A stretch of 64,000 nt of DNA from Felis catus (Eukaryota): NCBI RefSeq assembly GCF_018350175.1, contig NC_058368.1:12772001-12836000 (forward strand). The letters are read 5' to 3'. Under the pieces are notes generated by a model. The model was not told where the DNA came from, searched no databases, and saw only the letters and a list, made by a program, of their open reading frames with translations. A program made the position numbers and the translations under genes. The first letter of the stretch is position 1. Each line of letters starts with the position of its first letter. Positions 1 to 12,130 of the stretch are shown piece by piece.

Positions 1-867
1 GAATGCAGAAACTCTACCAAGTAGATAAACATAGTACTAGCAGCGGGACAGGTAGAAGAGGCCAGCTCATGGATGATTTCCATTTTCTCCTGAGTCTTTA
101 AATCATTTCAGAGTGTGCTCCTGCTTTGTCAAGCTTCTCATGTGTGCGCTTAGCTGGTGTGTTACACATCATCCACTGGAACTCACACGGTCCTTCTAGA
201 CTTCCAAAGCTTGTCTCACTCCATCAAGAAACTTAATGCTCATTAACTGTCATGATATGAAGAATATTTTCTTTTATGACTCTGTCCCTCCAGGGCCCTA
301 ACTGTCCAACCACAATTTGTTTCAAAATCTAATCATCACTCTTAATCTTATAGAGACTCAAGATCTCTCCTGTCCTGCTAGGCTAAGTACTACCCTCCTC
401 TCCAATTCACAAATACCTAAGTAACAATGAAATAAATAGATCTTTTGGAGTGGAAAATCTTGAGGTCATCAACTGGATTAGCCCATCATTTGGAATGCAG
501 GGTCTGAGGGTAATTCAGGGATGACATGTATACTCAGAAGCAATGGAAGTCACACTGGGGGTGGGACTAAGATGAGACGCTTGTACTGGAACTAGCACAG
601 GGCTTGGCATATAGCATATTCCATTTGTACTCTTCCCCTACGCTTCTAATAATGTCACCAAAAAACACATCACCTTCTTTGCCTACACCATATGGAATTT
701 ACCATCAACCAAAGTCCTAAAGTCTTATTTCACAAGTGCAAGTTCTTCCAACGAGTACTTGTGCATTTACACTTACAGGTCAAAGTAAATAATCTTATAT
801 GTACCACTGTTACATAGTCTAGGTAGATTCAGATCAGATCTGCTTGGATTTTGATAATGTCAACAGA

Positions 868-1216
868 CTAATGAACTAATTCTTTTTGTATGTGTGCTGC
901 TAAAGTAAGCACTATAGTAATGCTTCTTGGCTTTATATCCAGAAATCTGTATAATATACATCTATCCAAGACACTGACAAAAATACTTATTAGAATAGGA
1001 CCATGAACAGAGTTTTTTATAAGCCACCAGACTGCCCACCCCCGACCCCTGGTTGCTAAGAAGCTCCCTCTAAGTATGTTCATTCAACCAGTTATTAATC
1101 TGCTTAATTGCATTAGCTCAGCTCGTATTTCTTAATCTTATCTCCAATTATATCATGAAGAAATTACACAATGACCCACTGAAGTTCATGAACATTTTGT
1201 CTGTTGCATTTCCTTG
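868..1216 (-). mobile_element. CR1/L3 LINE fragment (RT region), left part
   Basis: Resembles the antisense L3 consensus (TATCCAAGACACTGACAAAAAT...TTCAACCAGTTATTAATC...GCATTTCCTTG); resumes colinearly at ~2578. Confidence 0.6.
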
Positions 1217-2040
1217 CACTCTTGTTTCCCACTAATTTGGCCAGATTTAATTTGGCTAAAAGCAATTTGACTAAAAGCAATTTGGTCAAGAAGACGATTT
1301 TGTCAAAACAGCGATCTGGATACGAAGAATAATGCCAATCAGTGTTTTCAAAGTTGATAATTTTTGTGTGCTACTTGATAGAGCTATGACCCATTTTGTA
1401 CCTTACATATATTTGTCAATATTCTGTTTTTTCTCAATAGTTTGATTTTTAAAATTACTAATCCATCTCTAGCCAGTTGTTCAAGCTGGCTTGAACATTC
1501 AAACATTGCTTATAATGCAGACTAACTGAAATAATATAACTGTACAGCAGTTAATTAGAAGAAAGCAAATATCCAACAACTGATGTATTGTTTTTTAAAA
1601 AAATATGCTAGGTTCCAGATACCATATGGTAGGTAAAATATAATATGTACTCATAGGAAATGCATATAGGGATGTCATACACTAATGTTCAATCATGGTT
1701 GGCACTCTTGAGTGGGATTATCTTTAAATATTTGTTTTGGTTTGTATTTATAATTTTCCATAATAAGCATGTGTTTCTTAAAAAGTCTAAAATAATACAT
1801 AAATCATAATTGTAGTCAATTGTTCAATCACTCCATTAGTTTCAAGTATGTAGCTGCTTTTGTTGGATTCTTGTTCCCTAAGCAATTCCTTAATTGTTCA
1901 AACTTTGCAGTGTAAACAGAGCAATTGTTTGAAGATGAACTCTGGAAACTAACACAGTGTTTGAAGATACTTATAGTGTTAAAAGCTGTCCCATGTTTTA
2001 TCACTCATACCTGAACATATAATGATGGAAGATATTCATT

Positions 2041-2265
2041 GTTTTTAAGTTTACTTAAAAAAAAAAAAAAGTTTACTTGTTTTTGAGAGAGAAAGCGTGC
2101 GAGTGAGTGAGGGAGGGGCAGAGAAAGAGAGGGACAGAATCCCAAGCAGGCTGTGCACTGCCAGCACAGAGCCCGACAGGAGGCTCAAACCCACGAACCA
2201 TGAGTTCATGACGTGAACCCAAATCAAGAGTCAGACGCTCAACTGACTGAGCCACCCAGGTGCCC
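2041..2265 (-). mobile_element. Can-SINE (feline type)
   Basis: Reverse tRNA-like head, (GA)n tract, poly-T; degenerate TSD ATGGAAGATATTCATT / ATGGAAAAGATTCATT. Confidence 0.95.
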
Positions 2266-2284
2266 ATGGAAAAGATTCATTTTT

Positions 2285-2499
2285 TTTTATTTTTTTTAAT
2301 GTTTTATTTATTTTTGAGATACAGAGAGACAAAGCATGAACGGGGGAGGGTCAGAGAGAGGGAGACAAAGAATCCGAAACAGGCTCCAGGCTCTGAGCTG
2401 TCAGCACAGAGCCCGACGCGGGGCTCGAACTCACGGACGGCGAGATCATGACCTGAGCCGAAGTCGGCCGCTTAACCGACTGAGCCACCCAGGCACCCC
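2285..2499 (-). mobile_element. Young Can-SINE (SINEC_Fc-like)
   Basis: CpG-rich full-length copy; perfect TSD AAGATTCATTTTT at 2272-2284 and 2500-2512. Confidence 0.97.
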
Positions 2500-2577
2500 A
2501 AGATTCATTTTTAACTAATGTATTGTGTTGACCAATTTGCTTTTGACCAAATTACTTTTGGCTAAAAACATACTACC

Positions 2578-2735
2578 ATCTACCAGGCTAGTAATATATT
2601 AGAGAAAATAAATGTGACTATCCCCATGATTTCCTTTTAAGTGAATCTATGCTGGATCCTAGGGATCCACTGGCATCTCCTTTGGACACTCTATAAACCA
2701 TTCCTTTAACAATCCATCTTAGAATCTAGCCAGTT
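2578..2735 (-). mobile_element. CR1/L3 LINE fragment, right part
   Basis: ATCTACCAGGCTAGTAAT...GTGAATCTATGCTGGATCCTAG continues the L3 sequence broken at ~1216. Confidence 0.55.
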
Positions 2736-3332
2736 TGAGAAAATTTAGCACTATGTGTAAGTTCCTTTTGAAACTGTCTGAAGACACCAATGGGGGATAA
2801 CCCCCTACCTGAAAATAAATGCTGATAAACTCATCTGTCTGAGCACTCCATTCCAAGTATTTTACACTGTTCTCAAGGAAATTGCTCAATTTCTCCACCC
2901 TGTAGTGTCTCTACAGAGTGAATTCAAGAATATGACATACCTTTAATATTCTCCCACCCCATAGTTTTCCCCTGCTATTTTCCCTTGACCCATCTTACTG
3001 TTATCACTGTTATTTTAAAAATCAGTGTGGTTCCAGGGGCAGTAATTGCTGCTTGGCCCTGCTCTTGGTCTATATTTATGGCTGTCTGAGAAGGAAGGTG
3101 TAGAGGAGTCACCACAAGCTCCTGTGAGTTGCCAGCCAAGTCTTCTTGAGCCTTCTAAGTGCTGCCTTCAGGCAAATAGGTGATAGGTTGCACTTTATGA
3201 TTTTAAGTAATATACCATATTAGATATGACAAAATATTTAAATTATTTTCCATCTTCTTTGTAAAAGGATCTGGTCAGGATTAACTTTAAGTTGTCCTCA
3301 CCTTCCTAGGGTTTGTTCAAAATACAATAATC

Positions 3333-3518
3333 GGGGCACCTGGATGACTCAGTCAGTTAAGCATCTGACTCTTGGTTTCACTCAGGTCATGATCTCACAG
3401 TTTGTGCATTTGAGCCCCACATTGAGCTCCACGCTGACAGTGAGGAGCCTGCTTAGGATGCTCTCTCTTTCCCTTTCTCTCTGCCCTCCCGTGCCTGCGC
3501 TTGCTCTGTCTATGTCTC

Positions 3519-3557
<39 letters not shown>

Positions 3558-3570
3558 ACAAACTTAAAAA
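3333..3570 (+). mobile_element. Can-SINE with (TAAA)n tail
   Basis: GGGGCACCTGGATGACTCAG head, CT-rich tract, (TAAA)n; TSD AAATACAATAATC / AAATAAAATAATC. Confidence 0.95.
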
Positions 3571-3783
3571 AATAAAATAATCGCATCTCTCAGTGTTTTT
3601 TCACAAATATTTGCTTGCCTGTGTAATCTGAAAACTTGAATGATTGAAGGAATGTACTTTAAATAGGATGTGAAATCATAGTAATTTCCTATTCCTTCAG
3701 GCTTTCATTCATTCAATAAACGATGAAAAGAATAACAAAAATAAAGGAAACTATTAGCTCTATCTAGAGACAAATGAGACACT

Positions 3784-4012
3784 TTATTATTTTTTTAAAT
3801 TTTTTTTTCAACGTTTTTATTTGTTTTTGGGACAGAGAGAGACAGAGCATGAACGGGGGAGGGGCAGAGAGAGAGGGAGACACAGAATGGGAAACAGGCT
3901 CCAGGCTCCGAGCCATCAGCCCAGAGCCTGAGCGGGGCTCGAACTCACGGACCGTGAGATCGTGACCTAGCTGAAGTCGGACGCTTAACCGACTGCGCCA
4001 CCCAGGCGCCCC
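3784..4012 (-). mobile_element. Young Can-SINE (SINEC_Fc-like)
   Basis: CpG-rich full-length copy; TSD GAGACACT at 3776-3783 and 4013-4020. Confidence 0.97.
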
Positions 4013-6281
4013 GAGACACTGTTTAAATATGAGTTCTAGAATGGTGGTGATTCCATCAGGGTTTGGTTGTTAGAATGACAGAGAATAATTACTTGAGCGT
4101 TTATAATTCCAGTGTCTCTGTCTACCTTTTGGCAACTGCCCTCCAAGTATTCCTATCAGAGTCTGAGCACAACTCTGAGGAAAAGACCCAGGTCTGTCAA
4201 AGATGAAAAACAGAACAACCTGAGTGAACCTCTCAGCGGAGAGGTGTCATCTTTGATCAAAGAAATAGAGAAATCTTGAAAAAGGCTTTTCTGGTCCCTG
4301 ATTAGGTAATTTTTCCTGAACTGACCTAGGCAATATAGTTCACCTTTGTTTCTGCCCTTTTTTTCTCCCCAACCTTTTTTTTTTTCTTTTAATTTTATTA
4401 GAACAAGACAAGGAATTACCAAGAATGGCTCTGATGTAGTGTCTGGTTAATGAAGCTAACACACTGCCTAAATATTTATTCTCACGTACAGGGTATTTAG
4501 ATTGCATATGTGTAGAAATGTTGTCAAGTTAAAAATAACTCTTTCTGCAAGGCAATGGCTCACTGGAATGCTAATCCAAGCCACTGCTTATCCTTCTGAG
4601 ACTAGCATCCTGGGTGTCCTGGCTGCCCAAAGTAAACAACCCCAGCGTCATTTCCTTAGGAATCTTCACCTTTTTGCTTGAGCTCTTTTAAAAATGTGTG
4701 CCGAGAGTAGCAAGAAACAGCAGCAAGAGGAAGAGAAAAATCCTCAGATAGCCGCTTGTTTCCAGAGACCCCCCCCACATTCTCTACTGAACTCCTGGTG
4801 GGTAAATTTCCTTCCCTCCAGACCAAAGGTAGCTTTGCCATTCTGATCCTTAGAGTCAATGAGGACCTTGCCTAAACAGAGTGCAGCTAATCAATAATGT
4901 GGTTCAAAGGGTAGGTTCATGGAAATACCTGGAGCCAGGTGAGGACACTTAGTCCTGGAAGGGCGAAAGGCTGGAGAAGGGGAGATGGCGTCTAAGCCAG
5001 GCCCTACCACTGCTGTTCCTTTGGACTTTAGCTGGGGTGCCCTAGCCCCCCTGGGCCTCACCCTCGCAGCTTATAAACTGGAGGGAACCTGTATCACAGG
5101 ACTGTGCACTGGGGGCTGATAGATCGATGCGAACCACTATTCAGAGTGAGAAAGACAATGATAAGCAAGAACCTGGATACTTTGTGTGGATGCACATTGG
5201 TGCTGTTGGCGAGAAGGGCACAGAAAGGGGCTTGGGGTCTCAGGGGAAGTTTGAGGTGCCCACAGTAACATTCCCCAGGGAAGAGACAAAGGTAAAGTAG
5301 GAGAGTGGGAGAAACATCTGGGCAAAGATTTAAGAGAAAAGAAACTGCGTGAATAGAGTGTAGGTCTTCTCCTTTATGGTCTCCAGAGCACAGAAAGATT
5401 TAACAACACTTTTCCCTACAACAGAGAAATATTCTACAGTGATGCCCTCTTAGAAACAGATTATTTACATAGCTAAAAGCATGAGTATTTCACCCTTGGA
5501 GTCTTGTTAAACTTGAACAAAAACATTAAAAGCTCCTGTAAATTTCTACAAAAAAGACTGGACGCCGTTAACATGAGACACATAACTGCCTTATATATTG
5601 TTGAACTTGTTCTACATCATTTTATGTCTGACAAACCACGGGCTCTTAGTCTGCATTGTAATAACTTCCAGCTTCCCACGGTAACTTGCCACAAACACAA
5701 GGAACGGGTCTGCTCCAGCAGCACCTGACCCCAGCAGATCTTCCAGGTTGTGCAGAGCAGTGCCAACACAATTTGGCAGCGGGTTTCTCCAATCCCTTCC
5801 CAGGCCTTAGCAAGCACCAAGCGACCCATGGGGTAAAAACCCACAGACCTGGACTGACATTTGGTTTCAATTCTGCTGAGCTTCTTTTCTCTACGGAATT
5901 AATCCTGTTTACACACACCCGTTTTCAAGTGGCAAAGATAATCTGATCCCGTATTAAAGGACACTGATTACTCTGAGAATAGACAGAAAAAAACTCAGCC
6001 CATCTTGGGCACTTCCATACAAGTGGAAAAGCACAACAAGTCTATGTGACTATTTCATTATGGAAGGATTTTTCTTTTTTAAGCAGTGGCTTTTTTTTTT
6101 TCTTTTGGTCTTTTTAAACCAGGGCTGTGTGTGCATGTTTGACAGTGAGCTGTTATTCTAAAAGGCAGCAGGAAAGGCGGCATGTTAAAGTTTCACATTA
6201 AACAACAAAGAGTTTCAAGGAACATCCTCAAATTACATTCACGGTTTCAAAGTTCAAGAATTGTGGCAGAGCGCTGCTTAC

Positions 6282-6620
6282 CTTACAATTTCAGGTCCCA
6301 AGAGGTCTTTAAGTCTAAAGCAGTACATCAAATGTGCAGGATTTATTTTCTCGCGTAAAAGTCTAATGTGTCACAGCACCCAGCTCACGGGGAGGAACCG
6401 ACCTCCTCTTCCCGAACACCAATGAGGAAACCAGAGGAGCACATGTGGGAAGTGGCTTCCCTGAAAGCCTGTCACAGTCTGCCCATGCTCTTTGTGACGG
6501 AGGTGCCAAATCAACCTTGGCATGAGGCTCACAAAGCACTTCATTGTGAGGTCCTGGTTAAGTCTTGGGGGAAGGAAAGAGTTATTAACAAAAGGGAGGG
6601 GGGCTCCAGCCAATCTGTAG
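6282..6620 (-). promoter_or_regulatory. Candidate alternative promoter and first exon of the minus-strand gene
   Basis: Strong minus donor AAG|GTAAGC at 6282/6281; repeat-free with several CpGs; GTTAATAAC (6581-6589) and CCAAT (6610-6614) upstream; no clear acceptor. Confidence 0.4.
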
Positions 6621-7479
6621 TTTTCATGCTTTTGTTGGGATGGGCCTCCCATTCATTAAAAATATAGAGAATTATTTTTCTGTTAGCTTCCTAGGGAGCA
6701 AGTAAGACTTGTAACAACCCACCAATACACAGAGATAAGAGGAAAAGCTTATCTCTTGGAATTCTGCTATGCTCCTGGCTGGTGTGAAGAAGGGCTCTAC
6801 AGTTAAAACTCCATCTCACTTCTTAGAAAAGTGTCTAGTCTGCAAGAACTGCCAGGATGTTTTACTGGAAGGAAGTTCACAATTATGAGTGTACAATAAT
6901 GTGTGCTAGCCAGGCCCCACCAAGCCCAAAGATAAAATGAAAATCTACTGCTCTGTGCAATAAAATCAATCTGTGACATAATATTTCAAGTGGACTTTCC
7001 CCATCAAGCTAACTAGAAGCCATTGTGAAAAGGAAGTACATGTCTTCTCATGGGACATGGATATACAGCGACCAGAAAGACATTTACTTTTACTTTCATG
7101 TCCATCTGCTACAACATGCCACAGAAAAGAAAAGAGGTACTGGGTGGCAAAAAAATAAATAAATAAATAACAAGTCAAAATAATCAAGCCTCTTCAAACT
7201 CCATACATTAAGACTTGAGCCATGATTACCCTAGGCTTAGAGTTTGATGCTGTTGGGTCTTTCTGCAGCCCTTACTAGGACTCTAGCCTGAAACAATTAA
7301 TCATGGTGAGCAGTTGGCTCTGGGTGTAACTAAGAGAAAGGCAGCACCTTGAAGTAGAAAGCGGGGCAAAGAGACCCATATTCAAGTTCTGGTTATGGTT
7401 ATACAATCAGCTCTAAGCTCAGGAAAATCTTGAGGTCTCTCTGGATCTCAGGTTTGTTTTTGTCCAATGAGGCAGTTGC

Positions 7480-8015
7480 ACCAGTTCAGGAATAGAAAAG
7501 TAAATGCAAAGACTCAAAGTGCAGGTCAACGGGTGGGCTAAGGTGAGATGGAAAACACAGGTCTGTACTTCAGACGTAGCTATTATTCTACAATAATGGA
7601 TCCTGATTGGTTATGGGATGAATTGTGATCTTATGATTTTTTTTTATTTTAAAGTTTATTTTATTTACTTGGAAAGAGACAGAGACAGCGCAAGTGGGGG
7701 AGGGGCAGAGAGAGAGGGAGAGGAAGAGAATCCCAAGCAGGCTTCACGCTGCCGATGCAAGGCTCGAACCCACGAACCCTGAGCTCATGACCTGAGCTGA
7801 AACCAAGAATCGTACCCTTAACTGACTGAACCACCCAGATATTTCCAAATCTTCTGATTTTTAAAAAGAAGCTAGAAGTTCAGATTTTTATGTGAAATCT
7901 CCTGAGTTTTATATGTGGAGACACATACTCAAAATGTTTAATGAATGCCATGAATGCTGAGAAAAATCTATCTGCTGTTAAATTTGCCCTGTAGGTTACC
8001 AGTTTGAGACTTACA
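7480..8015. mobile_element. hAT-Charlie-type MER fossil (MER102-like), split by a SINE
   Basis: GAAGCTAGAAGTTCAGATTTTTATGTGAAATCTCC...ACCAGTTTGAGAC resembles this family. Confidence 0.4.
7642..7846 (-). mobile_element. Can-SINE
   Basis: Typical body; TSD ATCTTATGATTTTT / ATCTTCTGATTTTT. Confidence 0.93.
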
Positions 8016-8869
8016 GACTAGATGATCTTGAGTCTTGTCCTGCTAGAAAATAAAAAACCCAGGGAAATCGGTCTCTAAAAGAAACTTTCAGCCACTTAGC
8101 AGTCAAGATAGGACTTAAAGAAGAGGCTGCCCAGTACTCCTATGGTGACACTGGAGATCCTCACTCCCCTACTTCATGGTGGTGACCACACGGGTGATGA
8201 CCTTACATGACTGACTTTCTTTGGATAGGGCTGGTGTGGAACCCATGAGATCATTAGCGTTCTAAGAATCTGATGAGTGAAAAAAAGGCAGGAGAACCCA
8301 CACAGGGGAGAGAAGAAAATATTGTTCCAGCAATATAAAAACCAACCGGATCCAATGCTGCTAGTCTTATCTTAAGACTGAAATACTGAAAGCAAAAGCA
8401 AAAGGTCCAATGGGACTTATGTAAGGGAAGCAAAGGTTTATTGACTTGCTCAATAAAAGAGAGATGTTGGGGTGTGGCAAGTTGGAGATGTGTGCAAAAT
8501 GAAGTTCACCAAATAATTCTCTTCTAGGTCGATAGACAGAAGTAAAGTTAGGAATACTCAGTCCTCATGGTCTGACCAGTACAATCCTTCCTGAGCTACT
8601 GGATGAGCTCTGACTGGGCGAAGAATCCCCCTTCGTGAGTGGGGACTCATCCTTGTTAAGAGAGAAGAGTGCTGAATCATCGGGGACCAAGGCCAGAGCC
8701 CTGAAAACATACTCAATAAATATTTGCCCTGCCTGATGAACCCTGGCAAGGAGACTGTGGACCAAAGACAGAGATGGTAGACAAAGCCTTTGATCTTTCA
8801 AGACTTGGCTGCAATCTGAGTCATTTCATCCCAGGGAATTTCCCTTAGTCTCTCAGTCTGCCTTTATTA

Positions 8870-9055
8870 CAGAGTATCTTTTATTTTGCTCTTAGGTTAG
8901 TACTTAAATTGATTTGACTTCTTGTATACCTATCTGTCTACCTCATTAAACTAATAAATCTCTCTCACTCACATTTTTATTTCTAGAACTAGCATCGTCC
9001 ATGCTTGGCACAGGTAAGGAACTTAGTAAATATGAGTTGAATGCATTAGTAAATA
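8870..9055 (+). mobile_element. L2 3' end fragment
   Basis: TGCTTGGCACAGGTAAGGAACTTAGTAAATATGAGTTGAATG terminal motif. Confidence 0.5.
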
Positions 9056-9739
9056 GACAAAAAGCTAATAACTAGGAGAAGTAATGTGCATTATAAATGC
9101 AGTGAAATTAAAGTGGTAAGGCAAATCTTTGGAAGAAGATTAGGTTTAGATATACATTTTTGCATGAGGATTATATTTTCTCCAATGTATAGTTAATTTT
9201 TTTTCAGTTTCATCCTATTATGGATTTTTAGCTTGCATTTGTTGAATATAATACTCCTTATTACAGTAGTTACTGCCCTTTGCCATAATCCAAACTTTCT
9301 AAACATTTACGTTTTCTATGACCATCTATGGGAATGTTTTGGAACCATCTATGGAAATAGTGAGTATACAGCTGAGAGTTAAGATAATTTGGCCACCTTC
9401 AAATCTCATGTTGCTTTCACAAATACAACAGAGGGAGTGAAGGTAATTCACATAGCTCTGAGCAGTTACAAGGTAATAAGTGACAGCAGCAACACACTGC
9501 CCAGAGGGCTCGAGGGACCAAGGATTAGAATGGATGGCAATCATTCTTTTACATACAGCTTTGGTACTAACTGGAGAGAGCCTTCACTCTAAATTTCAAA
9601 ATAAAATTTAAGAATAAAAAAAATAAACAAGATTTCAACTGAATTAAATTTGTTTTGGCCACAAGATTATATGACCATTTGAGAAATTGATGAATACAAA
9701 GAAATACAGGAACAAAGGAAAAGCAACATAGGTATTTGC

Positions 9740-9885
9740 CATTCATGACTACAATAGCAAACCACCCTAAACACAGTAGCTTAAAACATCTCTTTTATCA
9801 TCTCCATGGTTCTGCAAACCTACTGGGCCCAACTGGGTGAATCTCCTGATCCATATAATATTACCTAAACTGAATGATCTGAGGA
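9740..9885 (-). mobile_element. MaLR (MLT1) LTR fragment
   Basis: CAAACCACCCTAAACACAGTAGCTTAAAACA...TCTCCATGGTTCTG motif. Confidence 0.5.
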
Positions 9886-10420
9886 CAGATAATTTGTTTC
9901 CTCTTTCCTACTTTGATAATAGACAACCTAACAGATGTAAAGTAATATCTCACTGTGATTTTTATTTGCACTTCCCTGATGATTAGTGATGTTGATTGTG
10001 TCTTCATGTATCTGTTTGCTATTTGTATGTCTTCACTGAAATAAGTCTATTCAGGTTCTTTGCTCATTTTCATTTTTATTTTTTTTTTTTTTTGCTATTG
10101 AGTTTTATGTGTTCTTTGTATATTTTGAATACTAACCCATTATCAGATACATGGTTTGCAAATATTCTCTCCCTTTCCACAGGTTACTTTTTAATTTTAT
10201 GATTTCCTTTGTCGTATAGAAACATTTTAGTTTGATGAAGTCCCACTTGTTTAGTTTATTTTTGCTTTTGGTGTCAAATCCAATAACTCATTGCCAAAGA
10301 CTGATGCTAAGGAGTTACCCCCTGGTTTCTTCTAGGAGTTTTATGGTTTCATTGTGTAGAGTGGTTTTATTGTGTAGAGTGTAAGACAAGTGTCCAGTTT
10401 TATTCTTTAGCATGGATATA

Positions 10421-10918
10421 CAGATGTCTCCTGCTTTTCAAAAGTTCACAGTATGCCACTTCATTTTTACAAAAAGACCTACATTAGTACTTGTTCTCAC
10501 TAACCAAAAAAAAATCCAAAGAGGATTTTTGCCTTTATGAAAAAAAGGTGAAAAGCAAAAATAGTGTTCAGTGTTTGTTTTGCAGTGAGCCATTTGTAGA
10601 GGCAGCTCACACCCCGAGCAGCAAAAGTGGCACCCCCAAGCTCCTTCCCTAGAACTACATGCAGCATCTCAGCATCAAGCTGCCATAGCTTTGAATTTGG
10701 TCTATGAGCATCTGTGTTTTATCTTGATTTCTTTTGTGCATGCATTAGCAAGATGTATCCTAAGGTATCAGAAAAGCTTAAGAAAGGTATTTTTGGGGTC
10801 TGGAAACACTTAAAAATTTTTTTCATATAAATTAATGTAATTGCTTCTTTGATTTACGCCATTTGGCTTATGGAAAGGTCATAAGAATGCTCTACTTTTG
10901 GATATCAGGGGAAAACTG
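10421..10918. mobile_element. Tigger-type (Tc1/mariner) non-autonomous DNA transposon
   Basis: TA duplication (10419-20, 10919-20); TIRs CAGATGTCTCCTGCTTTTCAAAAGT vs revcomp CAGTTTTCCCCTGATATCCAAAAGT; L1 is contiguous across it. Confidence 0.85.
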
Positions 10919-10991
10919 TATCATTTTCCCAACACCATTTACTGAAGAGACTTTCCTTTCCCCACTATATGTAGTTAGTTCCTTTGTTAAA

Positions 10992-11198
10992 TTTTTAAAA
11001 AAATATATCTCTTTCACTATTTTTGTGAGAGAGAGTGCAGGAAAGCAGGGGAGGGGCAGAGAGAGAAGGGGACAGAGGATCTGAAGTAGGCTCCACGCTG
11101 ACAGCAGCCAGCCTGATAAGGGGCTCAAACTCACAAACCGTGAGATCATGACCTGAGCTGAAGTCAGATGCTCAACCAACTGAGCCACCCAGGTACCA
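10992..11198 (-). mobile_element. Can-SINE in L1
   Basis: TSD TAGTTCCTTTGTTAAA / TAGATCCTTTATTAAA. Confidence 0.93.
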
Positions 11199-11647
11199 TA
11201 GATCCTTTATTAAAATTAATTGACCATACACATATGAGTTTATCAATCTGTTTCATTGATCTATGTGTCTGTGTTTATGCTAACACCATACTGTTTTGAT
11301 TACTTTAGCTTTATCATGTAGTTTAATCAAGAAATGTGATGCCTTTGTTCTTTCTTAAGATCACTTTTGGCTATTTGAGATCTTTTGTGGTTCTATACAA
11401 TTTTGGAATTATTTTTTCTATTTCTGTGAAGACTGCCATTGAAATTTTGATAGAGATTGTACTAAATCTGTAAATTGCTTTGGGTACTATGGACATTTTG
11501 ACAATATTAATTTTTCCAATCCATAAACACGAGCAATCTTTTCATTTATTTGTGTCTTCTTTAATTTCTTTCACCAATGTTTCATAGTTTTTAGTGTCCA
11601 GATCTTTCATCTCCCTGTTTAAATTTATTCCTCAGTATTTTGTTCTT

Positions 11648-11863
11648 AAAATTTTGTTTTAAGTTTATTTATTTTTGAGACAGAGAGAGACAGAGCATGA
11701 ACGGGGGAGGGGCAGAGAGAAAGGGAGACACAGAATCCGAAGCAGGCTCCAGGCTCTGAGCCATCAGCCCAGAGCCCGACGCGGGGCTTGAACTCATGGA
11801 CCGCGAGATCATGACCCGGGCTGAAGTTGGACACTTAACCGACTGAGCCACCCAGGCGCCCCC
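11648..11863 (-). mobile_element. Young Can-SINE in L1
   Basis: TSD CTCAGTATTTTGTTCTT at 11631-11647 and 11878-11894. Confidence 0.96.
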
Positions 11864-11935
11864 TTTTTTTTTTTAAACTCAGTATTTTGTTCTTTTTAAA
11901 GCTATTGTAAATGGGATTGTTTTCTTAATTTCTCT

Positions 11936-12130
11936 ATTCTTCAAATGTTTTTTGAGAGAGAGAGAAAACAAGTAGGGGAGGGGCAAAAAGAGAGGGGGAC
12001 AGAGGATCCCAAGTGGGCTCTGCTCTAACAGCAGAGAGCCCGATGTGGGGCTCAAACTCATAAACCGAACTGTAAGATCATGACCTGAGCCAAAGTCAGA
12101 GGCCTAACTGACTGTGCCACCCAGATGCCC
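11936..12130 (-). mobile_element. Can-SINE in L1
   Basis: TSD CTTAATTTCTCT at 11924-11935 and 12131-12142. Confidence 0.93.

Larger units (their letters stand above)
1217..2577. mobile_element. Old DNA-transposon-like insertion with tandemly repeated inverted termini, interrupting L3
   Basis: 1251-1289 matches the reverse complement of 2528-2566 at 32/39 nt; both arms are built from a ~15-bp unit (AATTTGGYYAAAAGC). Confidence 0.6.

Noticed and set aside
187..416. Possible 230-nt minus exon (TTACTTAG| ... CGT|GTGAGT)
   Set aside because: Sites are plausible, but the phase-1 frame stops early and nothing else supports it
1234..1308. Short periodic repeats as a CRISPR-like array
   Set aside because: 15-bp tandem units with no spacers, in mammalian DNA; explained as a transposon terminus
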